Assembly (NCBI GenBank): GCA_951406725.2
Contig: OX597819.1
Location: 83,948,001-84,012,000, forward strand
Origin: Octopus vulgaris
Taxonomy: Eukaryota
Direction: 5' to 3'
DNA: 64,000 bases
Numbering within the stretch: position 1 is the stretch's first letter; each line of letters begins with the position of its first letter. A program made the position numbers and the translations under genes. Of this stretch, positions 27,850 to 39,995 are shown in pieces. A model generated the notes under the pieces. It was not told the origin of the DNA, made no database searches, and saw nothing but the letters and a program-made list of their open reading frames with translations.

Positions 27850-28960
27850 ATTAGTCATGCAAGCAAGGTAAGATTTAGAGACATTCTGAATAGACTGAAA
27901 CTTCAGTAGAAAATATTATCAAAGAACAAGCTGGCTTCTACAAATGTTGTAGAGCAGATCTTCAACCTTTGCTATCTCTGCAAGGAGTACATTCAGTACT
28001 GAAGAGAGTTATGACTTCATAGACTTCAGGAAGGCATTTGATAGAATCTGACATGATGCTTTATGAGCCACTATGAAGGATTTCATGGTGGGGAAAAAGC
28101 TGACTCATTTGTTCCAACATCTTTATATCTAGGCAACCAGTGTAGTTCTCACACAAGGTCACATTGTGGGGTGGTTCCATGTCACCAATGGAAGTCTGTC
28201 GGGGTTACATTTTGGTCTGCACTCTCTTCAATGTTGTCTTAGTGCAGATCTTAAGCAATGTCCCGAAAGACCTTAAAAGTAGTTATCATCAAAGATTTGC
28301 TGATGGCATCCATCAGTTGAAAAGAAGAGATGAATCAGTAGACTTAGACATTCAACTTGACAGAGCCTCCACTAAGCTTGGAATGAAAGTTAGTGCTGAA
28401 AAACCAAATTCATGATAAATGCTAATGGTGTCATCACAGCAAGCAATCTCTGTCCAAGGACAAAAACTAGAGATGGCACAGATATCTGTCTATGTGGGCG
28501 GATGGGTTGTTCTAATGTTCCTTCTTATTGTCTGTGTACTCAAAAACATTACATTGTGTAAATGTTTTTCATGACTAAAGTATGTGTCCATTGAGTATTC
28601 AATTAATATTAATTTCTTACACTATTTTAGGCAACTAACTTTTTGTCAGACATTAATTTTTTGTGAACATATTAATTTCTTTTATGTGGTGTGTACATGT
28701 ACACTTGTGCGGTTAGGGAGAGATTAGTGCTGAAGGCAATCATTAATGATACAGTATCAATAGTAGAAATCCTTACAAGAACTCCAGAGACTGTGATTGC
28801 ACTAACCAAACCAACCAAACCAATACGGAGGATAGAAACATCATCATGAAGACCAAGATTAATTTCTTGTACGTACTGATATTTTTCACCATGTATGCAT
28901 GTGAGACATGGAGGCTCACTGCAGACTTACAGAGAAAGACACACCATAAGGGTTGTGGAT
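27850..28960 (+). pseudogene. Decayed RTE-clade LINE RT fragment (interrupted ~28490-28715)
   Basis: Peptide patches KEQAGF, EQIFNL, DFRKAFDRI*HDAL*ATM, TLFNVVL, RFADGI, KLGMKVSAEK and YACETWRLTADLQRK. Confidence 0.8.
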
Positions 28961-29442
28961 TGGGAGAAAATTCTTAGAGTATATAGAGATAAAAAAAAAT
29001 GCTTTGCTGTATTTGTGGCTCTTTACATTCTGAGTTCAAATCCTGTCAAAGTTAACTTTGCTTTTCATCCATCTGATTTTGGTAAAATAAAATAACAGTC
29101 AAATACTGTGGCTGATGTAATCAACTAACCACTACCCCCCTTTAAGATTGTTGAACTTAAATGTAAATGAGAAATAGCTATTAGACTATCATTTTAAAAC
29201 ATTAAATACAGTTTATTATTGTGAACCAAAGAATGTCAGTTCTACCTTCACTAATTTTCTGTTTCATTTTCTGTTCTACAAATATGTATGTATATTGAAA
29301 CATCTTCCATTTAATGATTCAATAGGTACGTATGTGTATGTGTGCTAACATCTCCCTCCTCCTCTCTCCTTCTGTTTTTTTCATTTACTTCTATGAGCGA
29401 GGAACTGCTCTTAAAGTTATAATTTGTGCACAGCTTTATAGC

Positions 29443-29702
29443 TTTAACACTTTTGTGACTACATTTCTAATGAGTAAGCTGCCTGTGTTTCAATTAATTT
29501 ACAACATAATTAACATGGGGAGAGGTTTAGTAAAATACTTGTTAACTTTATATATTTGTGTAAATTATGTTAGTGTTATTCTCCAGCTGTAATGACATAA
29601 TATTATTCAAGTTATAATGAGATTTTGATTGAAATTTTTTAATTTAAATATGAATACTTTAGTATAGATGGTCTTAGGTGGGTTGGTATTAAAAGGGTTA
29701 AA
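29443..29702. mobile_element. Second piggyBac-type MITE family
   Basis: TTAACACTTTTG ... TTAAAAGGGTTAA termini; the left TIR is imperfect. Confidence 0.55.
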
Positions 29703-31015
29703 TGATGGAAAGACAGGAATGTCTTCTTTGGATAAGATGTTAATCTGTAGCAAATGATTTCAGTTCAAAGCCCCTACATCAAGGTATCACCTAATCACTT
29801 GAACATCCCCACTCCTACAACTGCATCTGCTTTATATTAGTCAGCCTAATATCTATTTTATCAATCCCAGATGGATGAAAGGCTAAATTGATTTTGACAG
29901 GATTTGAATCAAACAATAGCAGGTTTTAAACTTGTTACTGGCAAATATCAATTTCACAGCTCTTGCTTCTGTAAAAATGACAAATTGCTTACATGCACAC
30001 ATGCATACAGATGGATTAGATTTTGCACCTATTCTTCACAAATGTTACCCATTCTTCAGTTAGGTAAACTAAATATATGCAAGCACTGTAGAACAGAAAT
30101 TAAATCTCTAGCACATTTTTGAATCTTAGTTGTAACTGTTTCTCTCATGTGACCAATGTCACAATTATTCCACTTTAGCTTCTCCCTAAAAATATTAAAA
30201 TTGATGCTTATCTAGAGAAGGGGATATGAGAAACTACTGAAAAATACAGAAGTTGAGTAATGAGTTTTGTACAATGAGGCAATCAAATAAGGGTGGATTT
30301 GGATTTCTGACTTTAAATTAATTTGGTGGCATTGTGCATAGGAATCAAACTAATACCTACAGGACACAATTATAGAGTCATGATGGAAGCAAAAAATTCT
30401 CAGTTATTTGACATTTATATCTGAGTTGGAGGAAGAAAATAAAAATCTAGTGCTGTTAGTAACTCTTAAAACAACAAAACATGGCAAGATAATTTCAAGA
30501 AATTAATCTTTTCCATCAAATTAATTCACATGCTTTGATGGAAATTTGATTTTTGTTATCAAACAAGGTGACTGCTGCAGATATGTTTTGCTCTATTGGA
30601 TCTTGACAATTAAGGAAAGCTAAATTTACACTTGTTTGGTCAGTTGACAGATTTTATTTCTATTAGTTAAAATTTTAGCTGAGAGTAATTTGCTTAGATG
30701 AAAATAAAAGGAACTTGGATTTTGCATTGTCTTTCACTTTCTTGAAAAAATAAGAAAGAATATTCAATAAAAAAAATCATCCATATGAATGCTTGATAAT
30801 TTTCTAAATTTGTTTACTATATTGTCAAACTAAACTGGTGCATATACTTGCATACATATACATGCACCAGACTTTTTGCATTTTCATTTTGTGTCCTAAG
30901 AGATTTTTGTTTCTATTCATGCTACAGATATGGAGAAAATATTGCAAATAAAACCTTCCAACTTACTTCAATAGCTAAAGCTTCAGGATATTTGACAATA
31001 GCTCACTGTGATTTC

Positions 31016-31113
31016 ATATATACATACAACATATATATGTATATATATGCATATACATATATATATATGCATATACATTTGTGTATACATACATATATAT
31101 ATATTTATATATA

Positions 31114-31146
<33 letters not shown>

Positions 31147-31439
31147 GGAGGCGCAATGGCCCAGTGGTTAGGGCAGCGGACTCGCGGTCGCAGGATCGTG
31201 GTTTCGATTCCCAGACCGGGCGTTGTGAGTGTTTATTGAGCCTAAAAGCTCCACGACGCTCTAGCAGGGGTTGGTGATCCCTGGTGTACTCTTTCACCAC
31301 TCTTTCTTCTGTTGGCCTGCTCGCTTAGCCAGGGGGGTGGCGTCATTCGAAGGCTAAAACAATGCAAATGCATTGTGACCAGCGATGTGTAACAACATCT
31401 GATGGTCTGGTCAGTCACGTGATATATATATATATGCAT

Positions 31440-31482
<43 letters not shown>

Positions 31483-31551
31483 TATATACATATGCATATA
31501 CATACATGTATATATATTTATATATATATTATGCATATACACATATATATA

Positions 31552-31601
<50 letters not shown>

Positions 31602-31692
31602 TATACACATATATATATTAATATATATATATATATATATTTATATATGTACATATATACTTATCCATACATATAAGATATATATATATATA
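31016..31692. repeat. Long degenerate (TA)n tract interrupted by a SINE
   Basis: Directly visible; source of the spurious YIYI ORFs. Confidence 0.95.
31147..31421 (+). mobile_element. tRNA(Arg)-like-headed SINE family B, inserted in a (TA)n tract
   Basis: Head GGAGGCGCAATGGCCCAGTGGTTAGGGCAGCGGACTCGCGGTCGCAGGATCGTGGTTTCGATTCCC has pol III A and B boxes, followed by a unique body. GC/CpG-rich island between TA microsatellites. Confidence 0.82.
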
Positions 31693-32025
31693 TTTGTGTG
31701 CCTGATTTTGTCCCCACCACCATCGCCTGACCAACCGATGTTGGTGTGTTTACATCCCTGGAACTTCGCAGTTTTGTGAAAGACGCCGGTAGAACAAGTA
31801 CTAGGCTTATATAGAAGTTGTGGTGTTGCTTTCTTCGATTATAAGGTGGTGCTGCGGCATTGCCACCATCAGCTGACTGAAACAAATAAAAGAATAAAAG
31901 AATATATATGTTAATATATGTATATTTACAAACACATAGATATTTATACACATATATATATATATATATAACCCATGCTAGCATGGAAAGCGGACGCTAA
32001 ACGATGATGATATATATATATAATA

Positions 32026-32410
32026 CTAGCAGTATCGCCCGGCGTTGCTCAGGTTTGTAAGGGAAATAACTATAAAGCATTTTTAGAGAGTTATAGCCAA
32101 AAAATAGCAAAAAAATGGAAAAAAATTATGGTAAATTTTTTTTTGAGATTTAAAAAAGGTGGAGTTGCGTCCCCTAGACAGTTTGTGGTTCGTGTTTCTG
32201 ATTCTCGACCCTATGTGGAATTTATCGATTCTTTTCAGAACTGGGGGAACTTTTCAAAATTTTCGCTGCGTTAGTTTTGAATTATGACATTGGGCGAGGT
32301 GTGTGTCAAGTTTCATCAGAATCGGTTGAACGCCGTGGTCAGGGTGAGGGTACAAGCAAACAGACACACAGAAACACGCACAGACAAACTGCCGTTTATA
32401 TATAGAGAGA
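32026..32410 (-). mobile_element. Non-autonomous Helitron-like element
   Basis: Minus strand starts A|TCTCTCTATATATAAA and ends ...GAGCAACGCCGGGCGATACTGCTAG|T (TC...CTAG between A and T, GC-rich subterminal segment). Internal AAGTTTCATCAGAATCGG and ACAGAC repeats. Confidence 0.75.
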
Positions 32411-32446
32411 TATATAATATATATTATATATATATATATTCTTCGA

Positions 32447-32607
32447 TTCTTTTACTTGTTTCAGTCATTTGACTGCAACCATGCTGGAGCACTGCCTTTA
32501 GTTGAGCAAATTGACCCCAGTAAACCTAGTACTAATTCTATCGGTCTATTTTGCCGAACTGTCAAGTTACAGGGACACGAACACTCCAGCATCGGTTGTC
32601 AAACATA

Positions 32608-32639
<32 letters not shown>

Positions 32640-32803
32640 ACGATGGGCTTCTTTCAGTTTCCGTCTACCAAATCCACTCACAAAGCTTTGATCGGCCTGA
32701 GCTATAGTAGAAGACACTTGCAGAAGGTGCCACACAGAGGGACGGAACCCAGTACCATGTGGTTGGTAAGCAAGCTACTTACCACACAGCCACTCCTGCG
32801 CCT
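32447..32803 (-). mobile_element. SINE family A copy
   Basis: High similarity to 1781-2176; ends CCACACAGCCACTCCTGCGCCT. Confidence 0.88.
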
Positions 32804-35524
32804 CTTTCTCTCTCTCTATATATATATGTGTGTATATATATACATATACACACTCATTTATATACACGTACATAAACATAAACACACACACAGACATATA
32901 TTCATATATACCTGTATATATAAATGTACACATACATATATTCTTTTATTTTCTGTTGTTTGTCATTTGACTGCAACCATGATGGAGCTCCACCCTGAAG
33001 GGTTTTAGTTGAACAAATTGACCCTAGTACTTATTGTATCGGTCGTTTTTGTTGAACCACTAGATTACAGGAACGTAAACACTATAACACCGGCTGTCAA
33101 GTAGTAATGGACGGGGGGGGGGGGGCACAAACAGAGACACAAAGACACTCGAGATATATGCATACATACATATAGCCAATCTTTCATTATTAGTAGACAA
33201 CGTCATTAACTCTCTTTTTCAGCCTATCGTCTTTAACTATGTCATGAGGGAACGCTACGTGCGTGAATGACGTTACCCACTTATATCGAAAGATTGTCAC
33301 ACACGTGTGCGCGCGCACATACATACATACACACACACACACACAAACACATTTGAAGTTGTGTATATACTTGTATTATCCCCTAGTTATTAATGTTGTA
33401 AAGGATTCCTTCCAAAATAACAATTAACAGCTTGCATTGTGCGTTTGTGTTGTGTACACGCATATATTACAGTAATAAAATGAAGGGCTAATCTTAAATT
33501 AATCAAAGAATATAATGCCTACTTTAAGCTTTTTCCTTCTTCTCTCTATTCAAGCTTAATTTCAAGCATAAGCCCGCATCTACAAGTCTATAGTAGTATA
33601 AACATTTCCAGACGTAGCTTGCCTTTATACTTCGTATACTAAGGTGGATACATGGTAAGGATTCATATTTTCTCCAGGTGTGCCCCAAAATTTTTAGAAG
33701 TTTAAATAGAATTTGAAATGTTGATATCTTTCCAAAAGGTCACCACGCCACCTTTCTTAGACCTATTTTGTTTAATGTGTTGAAAGATAAGGGACGATAG
33801 CAAGACGGGACTAAAATGAATATGGGTCTTCCTCACCTCCGGGATGCAAATTTATTTCTGGTTTATCATGCCTGTTAATTAAAATGGGGGGGGGGGGGGA
33901 TTCCAGAAGTGCCTTTGAAATCTCACTTTGCCTCTAGAACTTCTTAGGCAGTCAAGAAGGTACGTTATGTGTTCATGAATTTAAAATGATACGCTAGGAA
34001 GAAAATAATACATTAAAAAAAGTAAGAGCATCATAAAAAATAAATAATGCACTGTAAATGATTAAGATCAGGGGGTCGTCACAATTGTTTTATATTCTTA
34101 TACAGGGATGAAAACAAAGTTGACTCCAATGCAATTTTAACTGAAAAACAAATGTATGACACCTATATAGAAGCATTTATTCTGATGGTCACTCGAAGCT
34201 TATAAAAACGATATATGCGTGTTTTCATGTACGGATACGTAGACGAAAAAAAAAAAAAGCAGAGAGGGAAGGAGAAAGCTCAAAGGAAGAGATTATTTGC
34301 ATATATCTGCTAGTACACTAAATACGTCTGACTGCATTTATGTTAACCCAAGAGTAACTGGCAATTTTGATAAGCCGTATAAGTGCATATTCCAATTAGG
34401 CAAAATATTTGATTGGCTATGGTCATGATTATTATCGTGCTGATGAATATTAATCATTAAGAAAACGGTAAAGCTGTTACAATTGTTGTTGTCAAATAGT
34501 GTTTGACGAAGGTAGTCATCAGGGTTTTTTCTGAGCTGAATCTGTTAGTCAAAGACTTGTCACTGGCAGAAATCAAAATTCTGTCACTAAACTGGAAATT
34601 TGACATCAAGTAGTTAGACGGCAAGAAAAGGCCGAAGTCTGGAGATGGTAACTAAAGGTGATCAAAGAGGAGATTGCGAGCGTAATGGGTGGAAAGAAAA
34701 TAGAAGACTTCTTTAGAGATAGAAAGAGCAGAGTAAAGACAAGAAAATGTGTTCGGGAGGGTAAGGCGAAACAAGCAAAAAATATATGAAAGGTGAGAGA
34801 TAGAGAGAAAAAGAGGTGGAAGTCTACGAAGCTGTCTAGCAGTCGCAGATCATAAAGTAGTAGAGAAAGAGTAGAGAGAGAAAGAGTGGAGAGAGAGAGA
34901 AGAATGGAGAGACAGAAAGTGAAGAGAGAGAGTGTGTGTAACTACATTAGTGAGCAGAGAAATACAAACTAAATTGTTGAAAGTAAAGGGAAGGTGACTA
35001 TCGTGTTTATGTATATATTTATTTATTTATTTATTGAGTAGTTGGCGACGAGAGGTGAAGGCTTGCAACTAGCTTAGCAGGAGCAGATAGGCTTTATGAT
35101 GATACTAGTAGTGGAGCCCGGCCCGTAGATCAGTTTTAGCAATCAATATGAAGGAATCATGTTTCTGTAGGTGATTACAGGCCACATACTTTCGTTGTTT
35201 CGATGGTAGTTGTCTCTAATTTAATACTGACTGTACTTACTTATAGATATTTTATGAGATACCAGTTCCTTACTTTATAATTTTTCAAATTGTTTTTTTT
35301 TTTTATATGCTGACTAAAATAAATGTAAACATTACATCTTCTATGAATTTGTGCATATAATAGGAAAAGAAGATGAAATGTAAAAGAGTTAATATAAGAC
35401 AGTTTATTTTTTTCTAATTTTCTGGTTATTTTGGTACAGTCGTCATGTGTGCAACAATACATGAATGTTTCTTCAGAAGCTTACACAAATTCAATATATT
35501 AAATACATAAATATGTACTTTCTA

Positions 35525-35596
<72 letters not shown>

Positions 35597-35781
35597 CATA
35601 CATATGTATGTATGTATATATATATATATATGCTTGTATTATATATATCGTATGCTTGTATTATATATATCTGTGTGTGTGTGTATACATATAAAACATA
35701 CACATGCGTACGTGTATGTTTGTGTGTGTACACACACACACATATACACACGTACATATAGATGTGTGTGCGTGCATATAT

Positions 35782-36006
35782 AATTTCTTTATTTGTGATT
35801 TAAAGCTACCATTGGTTTCATGTTAAAAAAGATAGGGAAATAGCTTAATATCTTAATTTTTCAAGCCAATCACATGAAGGAATGGTATTCGTCTCCAGAA
35901 ACGAACACCATTCTTCCATGTGATTGGCTTAAAAAATTATTACGATGTTTTCCTATCTTTCTCAACATGAAACCAATGGTAGCCTTAATTTATAAATAAG
36001 GAAATT
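35782..36006. repeat. Long imperfect palindrome (~110-bp arms, 3-5 nt loop)
   Basis: GCTACCATTGGTTTCATGTT...AAGCCAATCACATG.AGGAATGGT.TTCGT mirrored by ACGAA.ACCATTC..CATGTGATTGGCTT...AACATGAAACCAATGGTAGC. Confidence 0.85.
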
Positions 36007-36729
36007 CTATCCACCAATGCAGTGTTGGGCACTCATTTTCATCATTTGACATTTACATACATATATATGTATGTGTGTGTGTGTTAATGTCAACTCTTTC
36101 ATGCTCGCATCCATCAGATGGAATTCATAGAGCCAGATTTTCTATGGTTGATACCCTCATATTTTCAAGCAAGGTAATAATTTCCCTATTGGAAATAGGT
36201 GACCCAGCTTGTATGAGGAGAGACAACTATTTTACAACTATCATGCGATGTCAAGACAAGGAGACACTAACACACACAACATACATGTACGACGGGCTTC
36301 TTTCAGTTTCCGTCTACCAAATCCTCTCACAAAGCTTTGATCAGCTGGGGCTGCAGTAGAAGATACTTGCCCGAGGTGCCATGCACTGGGACTGAACCTG
36401 GAACCAATCACATCTGCATATGTGGGTATGAATGTACATGTGTGTGTGTATATATGTATGTGTATATATATGTATGTGTGTATATATATATGTGTGTATG
36501 TGTATATATATATATATTTAAGTATTTGTTTTGCAAGATTCTTGATGTGAAAACATGTGTTGAAACCATTCCCAAGTATGATAATGTATATATGTGTGTG
36601 TATGTATGTTTATATGTATAAAATGTGTGTGTGTAAAAAGCTAATCTATCTTTTTATGTATAGATGCATTCATATCTATATACACATATATAAATTTGTA
36701 TATATATATTTGTATATGATATATACATA

Positions 36730-37090
36730 TATTTGGTTGTATGGTTAAGAAGCTCACTTTGCAACCACAGCCCCTCGGGCAAGTGCTTTCTATAGCTGCA
36801 GGCCAACCAATACTTTGTGAGCGGATTTGGTGGACAGAAACTATGGAAGCTCATTGTGTATATGTGTGTGTGTGTCTTTGTGTCTGTGGTATCCACTATC
36901 ATCACTACCACTTCACAATTGGTGTTGGTTTCTTTACATCTCAGTAACTTAGTTGTCTGGTGAAAGTGACTCATAGAATAAGTACCAGACTTAGAAAATA
37001 GGTACTGCAGTCAATTTGCTTGACTAAAATCCTTCCTGGTGGTGACCCAGCATGGCCACAATCCAATAACTGAAACAAATAAAAAATAAA
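36730..37090 (+). mobile_element. SINE family A, decayed copy
   Basis: Head, middle and tail similarity to family A. Confidence 0.72.
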
Positions 37091-37373
37091 AGCTTAAGAT
37101 ATTTATTTGTATGAATGTGTATATTAACATCGTCATCATCGTTTAATGTCTGTTTTTCATGCTGGCATGGGTTGGATGGCTTGATAGGAGCTGGCAAGCC
37201 AGAGGACTACTCCTAGCTTCACTGTTTCAGCATGGTTTGGATGCCCTTCCTGATGCCAACGACCTTACAGAGTGGACTGGGTGCTTTTTATGTGGCACCA
37301 GCATGGGCAATATATATATGCCAGTGGACATAATTGACATTGCCCAGGTACCAAATACGTAGAACATTTGTTA

Positions 37374-37599
37374 TTAAACTTCTAGCATTCAGATTACTCT
37401 GCCAAATGTAAAGCTTGTTTATTCAAACTGTTTTGAATTAATCATACATTATCATAGCTTCAAGATTTTGATGATGCGATTGTTTATTTTTAGAATAACA
37501 TTGTAGGGTATGTCTGAGAGGCTGGATCTAGCCAGTTTGAATATAAAACAGGTACAATATTTGGGCAGGATGTAACTAGTTTAAGTGCTAAAGGATTAA
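37374..37599. mobile_element. piggyBac-type MITE, decayed TIRs
   Basis: Body colinear with 25023-25242; TTAA at both ends. Confidence 0.8.
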
Positions 37600-37881
37600 A
37601 CTGATATAAATTAAAGTGTAGCAAGTTTTTTTGTAGTGTTAGCATCTTAACATTCCAAGTCAGTGGCTGCTAGCTGGCTGTTTTCTCCCAATTAAAGCAA
37701 AAATTTTCAAGCAAAAATGCTGAGACATCTGTATTAAGTGTACTCTTATGTTGGTAGGAAGATGAAGTGTTCCACATCTTTCTAAATACATGTTTTGCTG
37801 TGGTTTGCTCCCAACTCATCAGTTGGTGCACCCTTTAGAATATGACTGGAGAGTTTGCCTGCAATCACCTGAGGGCGAGAC

Positions 37882-38098
37882 TATATATATACCGCGTGTG
37901 TACCGTTGGCGATTTTTTTTCCTCTGTCTTCCCTTCTTTGGATCTTTCCTTTTCCTATGTTTCTGACGAAGAGCTCCACTCGATACGTTAAATCCTCCTT
38001 CTTTCCTGAGTGTCCAATAATACTATACTTGTTCCACGTCCTCGCGTTGTTGTGTTTTCTCTTTGTGTTTTCATGTTTGGATTAACTATATATATATA
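37882..38098 (+). mobile_element. Penelope-like terminal fragment with degenerate minimal hammerhead ribozyme motif
   Basis: TTT-CTGACGA-A-GAG-ctcca-CTC-GATA-CG-TTA-AAT at 37960-37993; both ends abut CTATATATATA; same layout as 18601-18782. Confidence 0.6.
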
Positions 38099-38341
38099 GG
38101 AAGAGAAAAATGTATAGTAAACACACAAATGAAAAGTAAAAAAAATTATAATGTATATTGAGTAATACCATCTGGTTGATAACTGATGAAGAATTAGGGG
38201 CCTTCTGCATCTGTCTTCTGTCCGTTTGTACACTCAGTATACATTATACAATTTTTACTTTTCGTTTGTGTATTTACTATACATTTTTTCCCTTGTTAAG
38301 TAACAGAATGTAACACCCTGGCTTTCATATATACTCTTTTA

Positions 38342-38617
38342 CTCTCTTACTTGTTTCAGTCATTTGACTGTGGCCATGCTGGAGCACTGACTTTAGTCAA
38401 GCAAATTGACCTCAGGACTTATTCTTTGTAAGAACCTGGAACCAGTCACATCTGCATATGTGGGTATGAATGTACATGTGTGTGTGTATATATATGTATG
38501 TGTATATATATATATGTGTGTGTATATATGTGTGTGTATATATATATATATATATATTTAAGTATTTGGGGATGTAAACACACCAGTATTGGTTGTCAAG
38601 CGATGTTAGGGGCACAA

Positions 38618-38704
<87 letters not shown>

Positions 38705-38868
38705 CGATGGGCTTCTTTCAGTTTCTGTCTACCAAATCCACTCACAAGGCTTTGGTTGGCCCGAGGCTATAGTAGAAGACACTTGCCCAAGGTGCCAAAC
38801 AGTGGGACTGAACCCAGAACCACGTGGTTGGTAAGAAAGCTACTTACCACACACCCACTCCTATGCCT
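38342..38868 (-). mobile_element. SINE family A copy carrying a foreign ~137-bp insert
   Basis: High similarity to 1781-2176 except for 38432-38568. Confidence 0.88.
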
Positions 38869-39430
38869 ATGTATATATATCCATCCATGATGTTCATGTT
38901 ACTTCTGAGATCTAGTAAGGTGTGACCATGAATATAAAACATCTAAGTCTGTGAGGCATTGTACACTCATACTTTCAGCTTAGCCTTATTCAGGACTTCT
39001 GCTTGCATAGATTCCTTGCTGATATTGCACAGAGGACTGCCATAGTTATATTTACAGAGGATCATAAAACTGAATATTTGAGAAGTATCAACAAATTTAA
39101 ATGTGAAACAATGAAAGAATTAACCCCTGTAGTAACTTTTTGAAGATATGACTTTTAAATGTGGAATCTTAATATTGGCAGCAATCCAATTGTGTGTGTG
39201 TATGCATGTATGTATGTATGTAGGTAGGTAGGTAGGTAGAAATAGCAAGTCAAATGCTGATGTGGGAAACTGCACATCCTACCTGGACATTTATTGACCA
39301 ACTTTTGACTGCTCTAGTCTATTGAGGAGTGACTTTCTAAGGGCATCATTGCAGGAGAAAAAATTCTAGAGACAAGTAGTGTTCATCTGAAGATGACACA
39401 AAGTGTTTGTATAACATCATCATCACCACC

Positions 39431-39995
39431 ATTTTGTCAACAACATTTTCTGGCGGTGTCATATGAATTTGTCACTGTTATTTATGACATATTTCATATC
39501 AGTTACGTTCGTATGAATAAAATATTATCGTTTTAAACTTTTATTAATAAACACATATTCTGAGTTCACAACATATGCAGTTTTAATTTCCCTCCAACCC
39601 TAACCCTGACCCTAAAACAGATTGAAATGCAAAAGATCGATACTAGGGTCATAATTATGGGTGGACACTAAAGAGGGAACGGTTTTGTTATCCAGCTCTG
39701 TTTACGAGTGACCACTCAGTTTATGGCCACAGTGTATCTTTTTTCTCATAAATAACAGTGACAAATTCATATGACACCGCCAGAAAATGTTGTTGACAAA
39801 ATACGGCAGATATTGTATTCACCTCAATTGACGTCATTGATTGGTTGAAATTGCCGAAATTAAACAACAAATAGCTTACAAACTACAGAATTTTCTCAAG
39901 AAAGCCAAGAGAAAAAGATGTTTTATGTAACACACTACCAGTATACGAAGTGTTTAGTTACAAAGAAATTATTTTTAAAATCTGCCGGTCAAAGT
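39431..39995. mobile_element. Rearranged relative of the 61636-62057 MITE with a 57-bp perfect inverted repeat
   Basis: 39431-39487 is the reverse complement of 39746-39802. 39600-39665 matches 61690-61745 in reverse. 39820-39990 matches 61855-62040. Confidence 0.75.

Noticed and set aside
31147-31225. tRNA-like sequence with A and B boxes
   Set aside because: No proper acceptor stem or terminator, and it continues into a SINE body; it is a SINE head, not a tRNA gene.
30848-33008. Numerous 60-170 aa ORFs rich in YIYI/HTHT/CVCV
   Set aside because: They are translations of (TA)n/(CA)n microsatellites and SINE bodies, not genes. The same applies to ORFs at 1943-2443, 14344-14641, 35465-36974 and 38412-38890.
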